A stretch of DNA of 64,000 bases from Candidatus Bathyarchaeota archaeon (GTDB taxonomy: Archaea; Thermoproteota; Bathyarchaeia; Bathyarchaeales; Bathycorpusculaceae): the NCBI GenBank assembly GCA_963767735.1, contig CAVYES010000002.1, positions 128,001-192,000 on the forward strand, written 5' to 3'. The translations under genes were made by a program, and so were the position numbers. Numbering within the stretch: the first letter of the stretch is position 1; the number at the start of each line of letters is the position of its first letter. The notes under the pieces are model-generated. The model made no database searches and had not been told where the DNA came from. It was given only the letters and a program-made list of their open reading frames with translations. This document shows positions 39,113 through 49,670 of this stretch, one piece after another.

Positions 39113-39392
39113 AAGCACGCTGATTTGTCCCTAAAATACCACGAACAAAGTCAGAAGCATATAAAACGTTGCATGCTACGCCTTGTACAGCATATTGTGC
39201 TTGATTCTGAACAGAGGCCGCAGAAAACATCGGCAGGCACGACAAAGAGTCTCTCCTACTTTCTTCAACACATCATATCGGGAAAAGGCAGCGCGCTTCT
39301 GCTTCGGCAAGTTTTTGCGTGACCCAACCTTCGGCTGCCGGTGTTCGGGTTAGTTTTTGGTATTCGTGCGTTATGGTTTGTTCTTGCTTATT

Positions 39393-40952
39393 CTATGTGA
39401 AGTTTATAGCTACCGTAGTGGTGGCGCCTGTGACTGCGATTTCTCCATTCGAATAGTCCCAACCACTGGAAGTTGGAGCACCGTTAATGTCTACTGATGA
39501 AGGTGACGCGTTAACGGAAAATGTTTGGCTTCCGCTTCCGCTAACCGCGTAGTTTATGCTGTTCGAGTCGTAGTTGTTTATCACTATATTTGCGCCCAGC
39601 GCAGTTACCGTAAAGGATGAAGTAGCGCCGTTCAGAGTCAAATTGTTAAAAGTAAGCGCGTCGCCGTTTTGGCTGAAACCATTCAGGGTAATTGACTTGG
39701 CGAAGCTTACACTGTGGTCGTTTGCTTCCAAAAAATTAGTGTTAGCCGTGACGCTGACGGTTGATGGTGAATAACGAGTAAGGTTCGCTGAAAAATTGAA
39801 CTGGTTTTTTGGGTCAGTTAAGTACTGCGGGATTCCATAAGTCTGATAGGTGTAAGCGTTTACAACTGGGTTTGCGGGGTTGCTCATGTTGAAAGTGTAA
39901 ATTCGCGCGGTCGCTGCACCCGTTTGTTTGTCTACTTCTTGTCGGTTGAAGAAGATTTCTTCTCTGTGCCCTACTCTTTTATTGTCTGCTAATCCAGTAC
40001 TAATGCTGTGACCATTTATAGTCATAAACACGTTGGGGTAATTATTTAGTAGGTTTTCAAAGTTGGTTGCCCACGCCTCGTCTGGAGGGTAAAAGGGCAA
40101 GCCATATTCGCCTGCTCCATTAAGAAAATTGTGTGTTGCTACGATCACGTTAACGTTTGGATTGCATTCAAGAAGAGTTTCCATCCAATCTAAGACGGTT
40201 GGATTAGCATCATATTCGATGTTAATAACCATAAAGTGGTAATTGTCATAACTAAATTTTACAGCTGTGTCTTTGCCATAGTTAATGTCACCCACCCAGT
40301 AAGGTTGCTGCCTCATAGCTGTGACGTTAAAAGCAGGGTAGTTTCCTCCTAGCCACCCTGAGTTCGGATTCCCTAAGCCGATTGTTCCGTTATTAAATTG
40401 GTCGTGGTTCCCAGCGTCCCAACAGTAAGGAACGCCATTGTTGTAGAGCGTCATCATGGCATTGTTGGCGAAGGTCCAATCAACCGTAGAAGAGGCATCC
40501 TGTACAATGTCACCCGTGTGAACAACCATCGTGGTATTCAAAGCGCCGCTATTATCCGCTATCCAACTAGTTAACCCATCAAATAAGGCCGGGTCAGAAT
40601 CACTCAAATATTGAGTATCCGTAATCTGAATCACGCTAAACCCATCAACCGAGCTCTCTAAATTTGCTGTCTCTTTTAGCGAAGGAAATTGGTTTTCCAT
40701 GCTTGCTATTGAAGCGTTCAAGCTTGAAATTGTAGAGTTCAATAAATCAATTTCTGATTTTTCTGATGCTATTTGTTTCTGAAGACTGGATAATGTTGAT
40801 ACGTAATTAGCCACCAAAACCCCCATGATAATTAATAGTGCGATGCAAAATGCTCCGATTTCCAAAGCAACTTTTCTGCTTACAACTTTTTTTCTGCTCA
40901 CAAGATTTCGCTGCCCTTCACATAGACCTTTACATTCAGATAACTTAGGCAT
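39393..40952 (-). CDS. Membrane-anchored calcineurin-like metallophosphoesterase with coiled-coil stalk
   Basis: TM plus coiled coil, then ITDTQ, HTGDIV, AGNHD, ATH and NGH motifs; beta-rich C-terminus. Confidence 0.85.
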   Translation of the reverse strand: MPKLSECKGLCEGQRNLVSRKKVVSRKVALEIGAFCIALLIIMGVLVANYVSTLSSLQKQIASEKSEIDLLNSTISSLNASIASMENQFPSLKETANLESSVDGFSVIQITDTQYLSDSDPALFDGLTSWIADNSGALNTTMVVHTGDIVQDASSTVDWTFANNAMMTLYNNGVPYCWDAGNHDQFNNGTIGLGNPNSGWLGGNYPAFNVTAMRQQPYWVGDINYGKDTAVKFSYDNYHFMVINIEYDANPTVLDWMETLLECNPNVNVIVATHNFLNGAGEYGLPFYPPDEAWATNFENLLNNYPNVFMTINGHSISTGLADNKRVGHREEIFFNRQEVDKQTGAATARIYTFNMSNPANPVVNAYTYQTYGIPQYLTDPKNQFNFSANLTRYSPSTVSVTANTNFLEANDHSVSFAKSITLNGFSQNGDALTFNNLTLNGATSSFTVTALGANIVINNYDSNSINYAVSGSGSQTFSVNASPSSVDINGAPTSSGWDYSNGEIAVTGATTTVAINFT

Positions 40953-41713
40953 CTAATTTCTTTTTAAATTTTTGCTGAAAGTGCATGCAGACCCGAAAGA
41001 ATTAACCAGAGCAGGTAGGCTCTTAGAAGGTAAAATCGAACTTTATTAATGTCATTTTTTACCTTCACGCACTCAAGATCCTCATCATCCGCTGTGTCTT
41101 CGGGGCCAGAGTCGTCATCGCCCACCCGAAACAGAAAACAACCTAAAAGCTTCTTAAGGTTTGTGACCTTTCGGCTTGAACAGGAGTTATTTTCGTTTTG
41201 CAGAGTACATAATGCGAAGTGCAATTCCTGCGGCAATTAGAATTGCAGGATACGCCGCATAAATAAAAACATTGAAAAAATCCAAATTCAAAACTTAAAG
41301 CAAAAATAACAGGTTTTCATGACTCAAGACCTAATGGTGCTTATTCACCGAACAGGTTACGTGTGAGGGCGCATCAACTAATTTAGAGCCCATAAAGAAA
41401 GATTTGTGAAGGACTGCTTAATATTTTGAGGTAAGCCTAACGCATATTGCACCGCCACAACGCGGGCATCTTTCGCTTTTTTCTCGGCTAATTTTACCGC
41501 AGTTCAAGCAGACATATTCTTCACCGAATCTTACACCGTATTGTTCCAAAATTGGCTTTTCTTGTTACGCTCATTTTGGATCCCTACCAAAAATAAATTT
41601 TGGATAAAACAGCGGCTTTTTGGAGGTTTTTGCCTTCAACCGCTTTATTTCAGCCTCTTTTTTGCTTAGACCAATGGCTTGCTAACGTGCCGTGGCTTAG
41701 CCTTTTTCGGTTA

Positions 41714-42280
41714 TCACAAGGGCACTTTGATTTTATCAATAAATCGATGCTGCAGCTTGGTAATTTTCGGGGCAATCACAGCTTGGCAATACGGCTCTCT
41801 TGGGTGTTTTTTATAGTAGTCTTTATGGTACGTTTCAGCATTGTAGAATACTTTGAGCGGCTCGACGCTGGTAACAATGGGTTTATCCCAAATATCCTCT
41901 TTGGTGAGTTCATCAATCAGTTTTTCAGCCGTGGCTTTCTGCTCTGCGCTATGGTAGAAAATCGCTGACCTGTATTGCGTTCCAACGTCTGCTCCTTGTC
42001 GATTCAACGATGTTGGATCATGTATTGTGAAGAATATTTCCAGGATTTCTTTGTAACTGATTACTTTTGGGTCAAAAAATATCTGTGCAGCCTCAGCATG
42101 TCCAGTTGTGCCAGTCGAAACTTGCTCATACGATGGGTTGGTTACTGTGCCGCCTGTGTAGCCCGGTTCGATTCGCTCTACGCCTTTTATTATGCTGTAG
42201 GCGGCTTCAGTGCACCAGAAGCAGCCAGCGGCAAGCGTTGCAACCTCCAAATTTTTGTTATCGCTAGGCTGTTGAGTCAT
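41714..42280 (-). CDS. msrA: Peptide methionine sulfoxide reductase A
   Basis: GCFWC, GYTGG, TTGHAE, RQGADVGTQYRS, AETYHKDY. Confidence 0.95.
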   Translation of the reverse strand: MTQQPSDNKNLEVATLAAGCFWCTEAAYSIIKGVERIEPGYTGGTVTNPSYEQVSTGTTGHAEAAQIFFDPKVISYKEILEIFFTIHDPTSLNRQGADVGTQYRSAIFYHSAEQKATAEKLIDELTKEDIWDKPIVTSVEPLKVFYNAETYHKDYYKKHPREPYCQAVIAPKITKLQHRFIDKIKVPL

Positions 42281-42436
42281 ACTTCATCTCCCTAAAAAAT
42301 AGGTCAATGCCTACTGTAACGCTCAATAGTTTTGAATTTAATTGTTTGTGGCTGTCATGACACAACAACTAGCTTTCAACTACTGATCCAATGAAGTTTC
42401 TTCACGGATTTCAAGCTCTTTATGAGCAGATCATAC

Positions 42437-42877
42437 TTAAGAGAGTGCTCCAGCCGCGTTGGGTGCGTTCTCGGGGACTTGTTGGCTGATATCCCAGTAC
42501 TCAACTATCTTGTCTCCACTGAAACGGAAAAGATGGACCTGCCTTAAGCCGCCTTCACTTGGTTTAGAGCTGGAGATTTGCGTGTGAACTGCCACTAAGT
42601 CGCCGTCGGCCAGAACCTGTCTGATGATGAGTTTAAAGTCGGCTGTCGACCCTTTTATGATTCCTTTCGCGGCTTGTTTTTGCACTGCAATCATCGCGTC
42701 AGTTAAAGCGTCCATTCCGCCAGCTGTGTATGGGTTGTGCGTCTTGCAATCAAGAGCAAAAAAACGCAATCCATCCTTTGGCTTTCCCGAACCTACTAAA
42801 CGGAGAAACTCAACGGCAATTTCCTTATGAGTTTTGACATCATCGTCTTTTGATTCTTCAAAACCTGTTAAACTCAC
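42437..42877 (-). CDS. SnoaL/NTF2-like protein
   Basis: THNP, ADGDLVAVH, LFRFSGDKIVEYWD. Confidence 0.85.
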   Translation of the reverse strand: MSLTGFEESKDDDVKTHKEIAVEFLRLVGSGKPKDGLRFFALDCKTHNPYTAGGMDALTDAMIAVQKQAAKGIIKGSTADFKLIIRQVLADGDLVAVHTQISSSKPSEGGLRQVHLFRFSGDKIVEYWDISQQVPENAPNAAGALS

Positions 42878-43135
42878 TTTTTCACCTAAAAAAATTAGAA
42901 CCTAAGAAAATTTAAATGTGCTGGTAAACCATTTTTCATCGAAGTAGCATCGTCTCTTTTGAGAGCCAAGAAGGTAAAGGAACAACTTTCATAGTACGCT
43001 TGCCCCCAGGAGCTAAACGGTAAATTAACCTACAAGTGAAGATAGATATTGCCAGTCCCAATGCTTGAAGCTGACAGGAAATACTAGCAAAGTGCAAGTA
43101 GCAAAGTTGGAAGCGAAGAGGGCGGAGGTGGAAAA

Positions 43136-43451
43136 ATGGATTGGATGATAAAGGGGAGACTTCTAGTGGGGTGGATGCTTCCTAATTGTGTTAGGTCTTG
43201 TTCTCTACTTTGTGAGAGGAATTGAAGCTACGCTCATCTTACCCGTCGTTGGAATAGTATTGCTCATTGTTGGAGTTATTTACAAGCCTCGCAAGAAGAC
43301 AGAAAACGTCACTAGCACAGTAAGTAGGGTTCCTCGACTGCTTGAATGTATGTCCATTAGGCTCAGCTTTTTTCTTTTTTTATTTTTTTTGTTGGAGCCA
43401 ATCAACGCGTTCAATGTTTGCAGAGGCTTAACGCATGACCGATGGAATTGA
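43136..43451 (+). pseudogene. Small membrane protein, frameshifted near 43180
   Basis: GGAGGTG RBS and ATG at 43136; removing one C joins it to ORF 43188 (LGLVLYFVRG...VGVIYKPRKK). Confidence 0.4.
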
Positions 43452-43649
43452 AAAAGCTCTAAAGAAAATTGGTTTTGAAGTGTCAAAGCTTGTGCATGCA
43501 TCGATAGCAATACTCTTAGGATTATTTGTGTGGACGCTCTCACAATTTTTATCATTTCTTGTGGAGCCTACTTCATAATTCAGGGAATACTGATATTCAT
43601 TGACTATTATGGATCTAAGAAGAAACTAACTGAGACGGATGTCACCTAG
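43435..43649 (+). pseudogene. Small DUF3096-like membrane protein, frameshifted near 43562
   Basis: MTDGIEKALKKIG...IAILLGLFVW..SQFLSFLV continues in another frame as GAYFIIQGILIFIDYY; span is 215 nt, one short of a whole number of codons. Confidence 0.45.
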
Positions 43650-43786
43650 TTCCTTGTTTTTTATTTGGCAAATGGCCCAGGATCAAATTAACCCTGCGAG
43701 AAAACTCGCTTGTCCCAGCTAACTGCTTGGGGATATTTGTATTGTGTATATAGTCATGGGGGTTTATTTTGGATAATTGGGCTATA

Positions 43787-44260
43787 TCATAACTTTCGCG
43801 AACCTATGTCTACAAACTCGCAAATCATTCCCAGAAGCGGCTCGGTGTCCATGTAGTTGAATACGTTGTCACCGATCTTGCCACTCATGAGCACGTCAAT
43901 TCCCATTTCCATGAACATGTCGAGAACCACTGTAGGGTCTTGAACAAGCGGTTGGACATGATGGAGACCCTCGCCCCTCCTCTCTATGAACTCCTTCCAG
44001 ATGCTCGGGCCCTCAAGGGGCTGAATCAGTTCCAGCTGAATATTACCACTCTGTGCAATTGCCGCCAGCATTGAGGCCTCAACGGGTTTCCCACGCAGGG
44101 TCACCTCCGTTAGGATCGGTGGCTCCATTCTAACGATCTGCCAAGGACCGATGCCCAATGTCGCCCAATAGTTGTCCACTGTCTTCTGCAGATCCTTCAC
44201 AACGATTCCTATCTGGATTATGTTGTCTATTTTTATTTTAGGTACAATAAAATTACTCAT
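43787..44260 (-). CDS. VOC/glyoxalase family (methylmalonyl-CoA epimerase-like) protein
   Basis: QIGIVVKDL, LGIGPW, LELIQP, GEGLHHV. Confidence 0.88.
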   Translation of the reverse strand: MSNFIVPKIKIDNIIQIGIVVKDLQKTVDNYWATLGIGPWQIVRMEPPILTEVTLRGKPVEASMLAAIAQSGNIQLELIQPLEGPSIWKEFIERRGEGLHHVQPLVQDPTVVLDMFMEMGIDVLMSGKIGDNVFNYMDTEPLLGMICEFVDIGSRKL

Positions 44261-44762
44261 AGTTTTTTGCCTCCCGCATCTTTTGGTGAGCGTTGCATAA
44301 ACGAGCTCTATAAAATGAAACCTCAGAATTCTATATATAACTTCTTGAGAGATTCAAATTGATTTTTGGCACTCAGACATAAAGCTCAACAGATAATCTT
44401 TTAAGAGTGACGTTATATCTTCTGCGCTGAAATTTAGACTAGTTATCGCTCAGGCTCCTTCGGTCTTCGCCCCATTCATCCAAATGTTGTGGAGTGCGGG
44501 TTGTTAGAATGACACATAAACGAGGCAGAAAACACCCTAAATCTAAAGAGTTTTGGTCTCAGTTCAAAGATTCTTGCGAATTTGTTCAAGAACAAGCTTT
44601 CCTTGATAGGGTTAACGGGGTCTGTTTGTCTGAATACAGTTGATGATTGGCAATTCACTTAGCTTAAAGTTTTGGGAAACCTGTCCTGAACAAACAGCGG
44701 AATCCATTTTACCGCCTAAAGTATTAGCTATTTAAGCGAGAATTCTAAGTGAGACCTCATTC

Positions 44763-45767
44763 ATGGAAAATGAAAAAACCCTTGGAGCGCTAAGCAAAAT
44801 TAAGGTTACTCCGCTGGCGGCTGAAAGCTTCGGCGTCCGCAGCATGTGCACATTAGTTGAAACGCCCGATTTAACGGTGCTTTTAGATGCTGGAATTTCG
44901 CTTTGCCCGTACCGCTTCAGCTTGCCGCCGCATCCCACTGAGTTTCAAACAATCGCCAGGTTACGCAAACGCATCGCGGAAGCCGCAGACAAGGCTGAGG
45001 TGGTTACGATTAGCCACTATCACTTTGACCATCACACGCCCTCATACGAGGACTGGGTAGTCAACTGGACCGAAGCAAACGAAACAGCACGGCAAATTTA
45101 CCAAGACAAAACAGTGCTCGTGAAGAATCCGAAAGAAAAAATCAACGCCAGCCAAAGACAACGCGCTTGGCTTTTCCAAAAAACAGGAGGCAAATACGCT
45201 AAAAAACTGGAAGCAGCCGACTGAAAAACATTCAGTTACGGGCAGACAAAGCTGAGTTTTTCTGAACCTGTCGCCCATGGCTCTGAAGATTCAATGCTGG
45301 GCTGGGTTGTAATGGCGGTTGTGGAGTACGGTGGAGAGCGGTTCATGTTTGCGCCTGACGTTCAAGGACCAATGTCTTCCCGCACGCTTGAGCTAATTTT
45401 GAAGGTAAAAACAACCGTGATTATGCTGGGTGGACCGCCGTTTTATCTGGGAGGCTTCCAAGTTGAGGCGGCTCAGCTGGAGCAGGGGCTGCGAAATCTT
45501 GAAATCGTAGTGCAGTCGGTGCCTTTGGTTATCGTTGAGCATCACGCATTGAGAGATGATTTATGGAAGCAAAAAATAAGCCAGGTTTACCAGCAAGCGT
45601 CCACGGTTGGGCATAGGGTTATGACGGCTGCAGAGTATGCGGGCAACGAAAACGTGTTCTTAGAATCCAAACGTAAACAGCTTTACCGAGACTTTCCCCC
45701 TTCACCAGAGTTTAAAGCGTGGATGAAGACATTAAACGACAAAAAAATCGCTAAACCCCCACTGTAA
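44763..45767 (+). pseudogene. UPF0282 metallo-beta-lactamase-fold hydrolase interrupted by an in-frame TGA at 45222-45224
   Basis: AAESFGVRS, SHYHFDH, HG...LGWV, PDVQGP, EHHALRD; both halves in the same frame (AAD-TGA-KTFSYG). Confidence 0.85.
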
Positions 45768-45848
45768 ACTGGCTGGAAAGCGGAAAATGAAATAAACAAG
45801 CAAACAAAAAATATCACCAAGTAAAATTCAGGTGAACGTTGAAGAGCC

Positions 45849-46532
45849 TTGTTAATCTTTAGTTTAGCCGCTTTTGTTGCTTCGTTTGCGCTTATTGTTT
45901 TGGCAGAGATGGGCGATAAAACCCAGTTTTTAGCCATGTCCTTTGCCACCCGATTCAACCCCTACAAGGTGCTTTTAGCAGTTTTCTTGGCAACATTGGC
46001 TAATTTTGCAATCACAGTAACCATAGGCCAACTTTTAACCACAATCGTGCCCATAGATGTAATTTTGCTGGTTGCTTCACTTTCATTCATCGGCTTTGGA
46101 CTCTGGACTCTGAGAGGTGAGAAACCGAAAAGTGAAGACGAAAAAGTTTCACGGTTTGGCCCGGTTGGAACGGTTTTTGTCGCGTTTTTTATCGGAGAGT
46201 TCGGAGATAAAACTCAGCTAACCACAATCAGTTTAGCAGCCCAATACCAAAACGCAGTAACCGTTCTCATAGGCGCAACCTTGGGCATGCTGGTGGCGGA
46301 CGGACTTGGAATTGCTGTGGGCGTTGCTTTAGGTAAACGTATTCCGCAGAGGACAATTAAGTGGGTTTCAGCAACCATATTTCTGATATTCGGGTTAGTT
46401 GGCGTCTATGAAGTTCTGTCATCTCGGATTGGTTTAGCTTACACAGCATTAACTTTAGTTTTGCTGGTTGTTTTCGCTGTTGCGGCAATTATTTTTATAA
46501 CTCGAAGAGAGATGGAGCGAAAAATTTGGTAG
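45849..46532 (+). CDS. GDT1/TMEM165 (UPF0016) Ca/Mn transporter
   Basis: Two ExGDKTQ motifs (EMGDKTQ, EFGDKTQ). Confidence 0.93.
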   Translation: MLIFSLAAFVASFALIVLAEMGDKTQFLAMSFATRFNPYKVLLAVFLATLANFAITVTIGQLLTTIVPIDVILLVASLSFIGFGLWTLRGEKPKSEDEKVSRFGPVGTVFVAFFIGEFGDKTQLTTISLAAQYQNAVTVLIGATLGMLVADGLGIAVGVALGKRIPQRTIKWVSATIFLIFGLVGVYEVLSSRIGLAYTALTLVLLVVFAVAAIIFITRREMERKIW

Positions 46533-46612
46533 CCAAAAAATGCAAAAGTGAACATGCATAATCTTGGTTGGTAAACTTTAAGGCTTAGTTCAATTAATTC
46601 TTTTTTGAGGTT

Positions 46613-46942
46613 TTGCGCTTGGATAAAAATCATGTAGTTATCGCTGAATTCAGTATAATGCCTGTTGGTCAAGCTGGAAGCAGTGTTAGTCGGTATGTTG
46701 CAGCCGCCGTTAACGTCTTTAAGAATGTTGACGGCTTAGACTTTGAAGTGACGCCCATGGGAACCATCCTTGCAGCAAAAGATCTTGACACGATATTTGA
46801 AGCGGTCCGCCGAGCCCATGAAGCCATCATCGAGATGGGAATCAAAAGAGTATCCTCCACGCTAAGGATAGATGACCGAAGAGATAAACCACGAACAATG
46901 GAAGATAAGGTAAAAACAGTCCAAAACTGCATGAAAAACTAA
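46613..46942 (+). CDS. MTH1187/UPF0045 thiamine-binding family protein
   Basis: SVSRYVA, TPMGT, RIDDRRDK. Confidence 0.88.
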   Translation: MRLDKNHVVIAEFSIMPVGQAGSSVSRYVAAAVNVFKNVDGLDFEVTPMGTILAAKDLDTIFEAVRRAHEAIIEMGIKRVSSTLRIDDRRDKPRTMEDKVKTVQNCMKN

Positions 46943-46973
46943 AGGTTAACCATGAAAAACGGAACATAAATTT

Positions 46974-47013
46974 TAAAAAATAAAAGTTCGGAAAAAATTC
47001 CGTTTTTTTAATT
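46974..47013. terminator. Putative bidirectional terminator between convergent genes
   Basis: A-run, CGGAA-AAAA-TTCCG hairpin (46989-47002), T7 run. Confidence 0.4.
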
Positions 47014-47550
47014 TTATGTGATTGCTAGTTTCTTTGTTTCTTTAGGTTCTTTTTTAGGTAAGATGATTTCGAGTACACCGTTGTTTAAGCTTGCTTTTGC
47101 GTCATCTGACTTTATCTTCTCCGGTAAATCGATTCTTCTGTAAAACTTTTGAGCCATTCTTTCACGTCGGACATAGTTTTTCTCTTTTTCTTCCTCAGAA
47201 ATGCTCTTTTTCGCGTGAATCAGCACTGATTCTTCGCCGACTTCAATGTTTACATCTTCCTTGCTAAAGCCCGGCAAATCCACGGTTACACAGAAATCTT
47301 TTCCTCGGTCCTCCACGTCAACAGAAGGCATCATCATCATTTGTTTGAGCATCATTGGATAGCCAGGTCTGCCACGCATCCACTGTCTCCATCTCGGCGG
47401 CATACCCCAGAAATCATCGATCCGTTCCCGCATCATGTCAAAGTCGCGTTGATAGGGAGTTATGCCTTCTTCGCCTTCCTTCCTTACCTGTCCAGCTTTC
47501 TTCTCTTTTCCTCCATAGTAATAGTACATTTTCTTTTTTTCTTCAGACAA
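47014..47550 (-). CDS. Small heat-shock protein (Hsp20)
   Basis: DLPGFSKEDV, FYRRIDLP, ASLNNGVLEIILPK. Confidence 0.93.
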   Translation of the reverse strand: MSEEKKKMYYYYGGKEKKAGQVRKEGEEGITPYQRDFDMMRERIDDFWGMPPRWRQWMRGRPGYPMMLKQMMMMPSVDVEDRGKDFCVTVDLPGFSKEDVNIEVGEESVLIHAKKSISEEEKEKNYVRRERMAQKFYRRIDLPEKIKSDDAKASLNNGVLEIILPKKEPKETKKLAIT

Positions 47551-47679
47551 AATTTTTTCACCTCACCTTAACCGAATTCTCACTTCAGTTATTAACATAT
47601 GTGGCTGTGTCAAGCTAGTATCATACCCTGAAGCCGTGGAGGTAAACAACCGGAAAAAAGGTTCTCTTCTGCATTGCCG

Positions 47680-48027
47680 TTAAGTGTTTTCTCGGTAGGT
47701 GTAGCCGCATCTGAGGCATCGGAAAAACTGGGTGGAAGATTCGTCTGATCCTCGGGTTTGTACTTGCCAAACGTTTGCTGTGTTGTTTCCGCATTGGGGG
47801 CAATCAACATGCAGTGTGGGCAATACGCTGAACTGCTCTTCTTTTCCAATGACGGCGACATGCTGTTTTGGGTTATGTTCAAAGATTCTGCCGCCGACTA
47901 TGACTTTGCTGTTTAATTCTTGTTTTTTAAATTGGCATTTGGTGCATGCCATCATAATTAGGGCTTGTTTTCCAGAATTTACTTTTTTAGGTACAAGTCG
48001 TGAACCGCACTCCGCGCAAAAATCCAT
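47680..48027 (-). CDS. tfs: Archaeal transcription elongation factor TFS
   Basis: Two Zn ribbons (FCAECG..CTKC; CPQCG..CLRCG) with QTRGSDE acidic hairpin. Confidence 0.92.
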   Translation of the reverse strand: MDFCAECGSRLVPKKVNSGKQALIMMACTKCQFKKQELNSKVIVGGRIFEHNPKQHVAVIGKEEQFSVLPTLHVDCPQCGNNTANVWQVQTRGSDESSTQFFRCLRCGYTYRENT

Positions 48028-48325
48028 AGGTATTATCTCCTTTTTAAAAAAATTTTGGCAGATGAAGAATTAACTTGGCGCAAGTGTAAAAGTCTTTGTT
48101 CGGAAGAGAGAGAGGGGGAACATACTTCGTTCGCTTGCGTTGCGTTAATTTTCATATACCAAACGCTTTGGATTTGCATCCTCACGTTTGTTACTCATCC
48201 CTAATACAGGTTCATCCATAAATAATGATGTGACTGTATCGACCCTACAACAACCGACAAGCTTGCTGGCTGTATCCAATTGTTAACATTCACCCGCGAC
48301 TCCCTGAAGCCTCGCCGTCCCTGAT

Positions 48326-49012
48326 TTAACTATGCTTTTTAGGTCTTCTAATGGGCATAAGAGCAGCTTTTGCAGCACCCTTCTTCGATGCCGACGTTCT
48401 AGGCTTTATCATAACTACGGCTTTCTTTAGGTCCAGCGGAGTAATTACGCGGAAAAAAGTTTTGAAATCTGGGTCCAACTGCTCAATCACCATCGTTGAC
48501 ATGTAACGAACCCCACGCAGCTTAGACACCATTGCATCCAAATCAAACTCGCTGCTTGCCAAAGCATCTTTAGCCGCCTCCAAAGCTACCTGCGTACTGT
48601 AAACAGCATGCAACGTCTCAACCTCACAATCAGGTGATCTGGCAACAACCGCAGACTTACCCTGAGCACAATCAAAAAGCAACGTAACTACATCTTGGGA
48701 GACAAATGGGGAGTCAAACGGCAAAACCAACGAGTATTTTCCCTCTGCCGCCTCAAACCCAGTCAAAGCCGCCCCTAAAATCCCCTTTGATTCATCAGCA
48801 TTACAAACAAACCTAACCTTCGGTGAAACGATCTTAGCGTATGAATCTGCCTGTTCTTTTGAAGCGGTGACCACAACTACTTCTGCACCTGTGTCTTTCA
48901 CAGCGTCAACAACATACTTCAACAATGGCTTACCGTCCAGCTTCAAAAGACCTTTGTCTTCCCCAAACTTACCAAACGAATCAACGGCTAAAATGATAAC
49001 TGATTTATCCAA
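48326..49012 (-). CDS. mobA: MobA-like NTP transferase (divergent N-terminal motif)
   Basis: IILA....KFGEDK.LL...GKPL, PFDSPF, LHAVY, FFRVITP.DL. Confidence 0.75.
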   Translation of the reverse strand: MDKSVIILAVDSFGKFGEDKGLLKLDGKPLLKYVVDAVKDTGAEVVVVTASKEQADSYAKIVSPKVRFVCNADESKGILGAALTGFEAAEGKYSLVLPFDSPFVSQDVVTLLFDCAQGKSAVVARSPDCEVETLHAVYSTQVALEAAKDALASSEFDLDAMVSKLRGVRYMSTMVIEQLDPDFKTFFRVITPLDLKKAVVMIKPRTSASKKGAAKAALMPIRRPKKHS

Positions 49013-49110
49013 ACAGCAACGTCTCCACCCATAAATTACAAGACAAGTTAAAAAACATGCAGAGCAACTATACTGTTAAGTTAAGTTGCCTGTAAAAATT
49101 TTGTCGTTTC

Positions 49111-49293
49111 TTAATAGGAAATTCCATGTTTTGCCAGGATTTCAAAAACGATTTTCGTGCTTTGTGCTTCTTGTCTTTGTTCCTGCAGGCATGCTCGGGC
49201 TTGTTCGAGCACTTGAGTTTTTTGAGAGTCACTTAGGTTAAGCCAGTTAATTTTTTGTGCCAGCGTATTTGTTCCCCGCCTCTCATATCGCAA
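49111..49293 (-). CDS. Possible small hypothetical protein
   Basis: 60-aa helical-looking ORF downstream of a palindromic site; no recognisable motif. Confidence 0.25.
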   Translation of the reverse strand: MRYERRGTNTLAQKINWLNLSDSQKTQVLEQARACLQEQRQEAQSTKIVFEILAKHGISY

Positions 49294-49367
49294 GCCTTTT
49301 TATAATGCAGTATTGTGGCTGTCGATATATATCGAAAATCGATATATTTCAGGAGACAAAAATAAGC

Positions 49368-49601
49368 TTAGGCGCCAGCTAAGACGCCGACTACCTTCAT
49401 CTTTTGCATGACGTCGTCGGCATGCGGCGCGATATCCATGTCTTCCGTCAGGTCTCGGCCTGCCTCATGTCCCATGTGGTCGCCATCACCCCACTGATCA
49501 GACACAGAAACATCATAAACCTTACCCTTGTACCCAACATACGCAGGCCTACCAGCCTTCCCATCAAAACCCCTTAACTCATCCACGGTGAATTTTTTCA
49601 T
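49368..49601 (-). CDS. Cytochrome b5-like heme/steroid-binding domain protein
   Basis: FTVDEL..FDG, GKVYDVS, W..G.H..H.AG.DLT, APH. Confidence 0.9.
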   Translation of the reverse strand: MKKFTVDELRGFDGKAGRPAYVGYKGKVYDVSVSDQWGDGDHMGHEAGRDLTEDMDIAPHADDVMQKMKVVGVLAGA

Positions 49602-49670
49602 GTTCTCCAAAATGCGCATACTCCTGAAGTATTTTTCGGTTGAAACCTAATTTTATAGCTTTCTTTTTGA

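Noticed and set aside
41240-41713. Hairpin-rich intergenic region as a structured ncRNA
   Set aside because: Only short imperfect stems and no recognisable RNA family; compatible with terminators or decayed sequence
45222-45224. Genome-wide TGA recoding (Gly or Sec)
   Set aside because: Many genes here clearly end at TGA, often in ATGA overlaps (4750, 12632, 18152, 25210); the site is not a Cys position and no SECIS element was recognised
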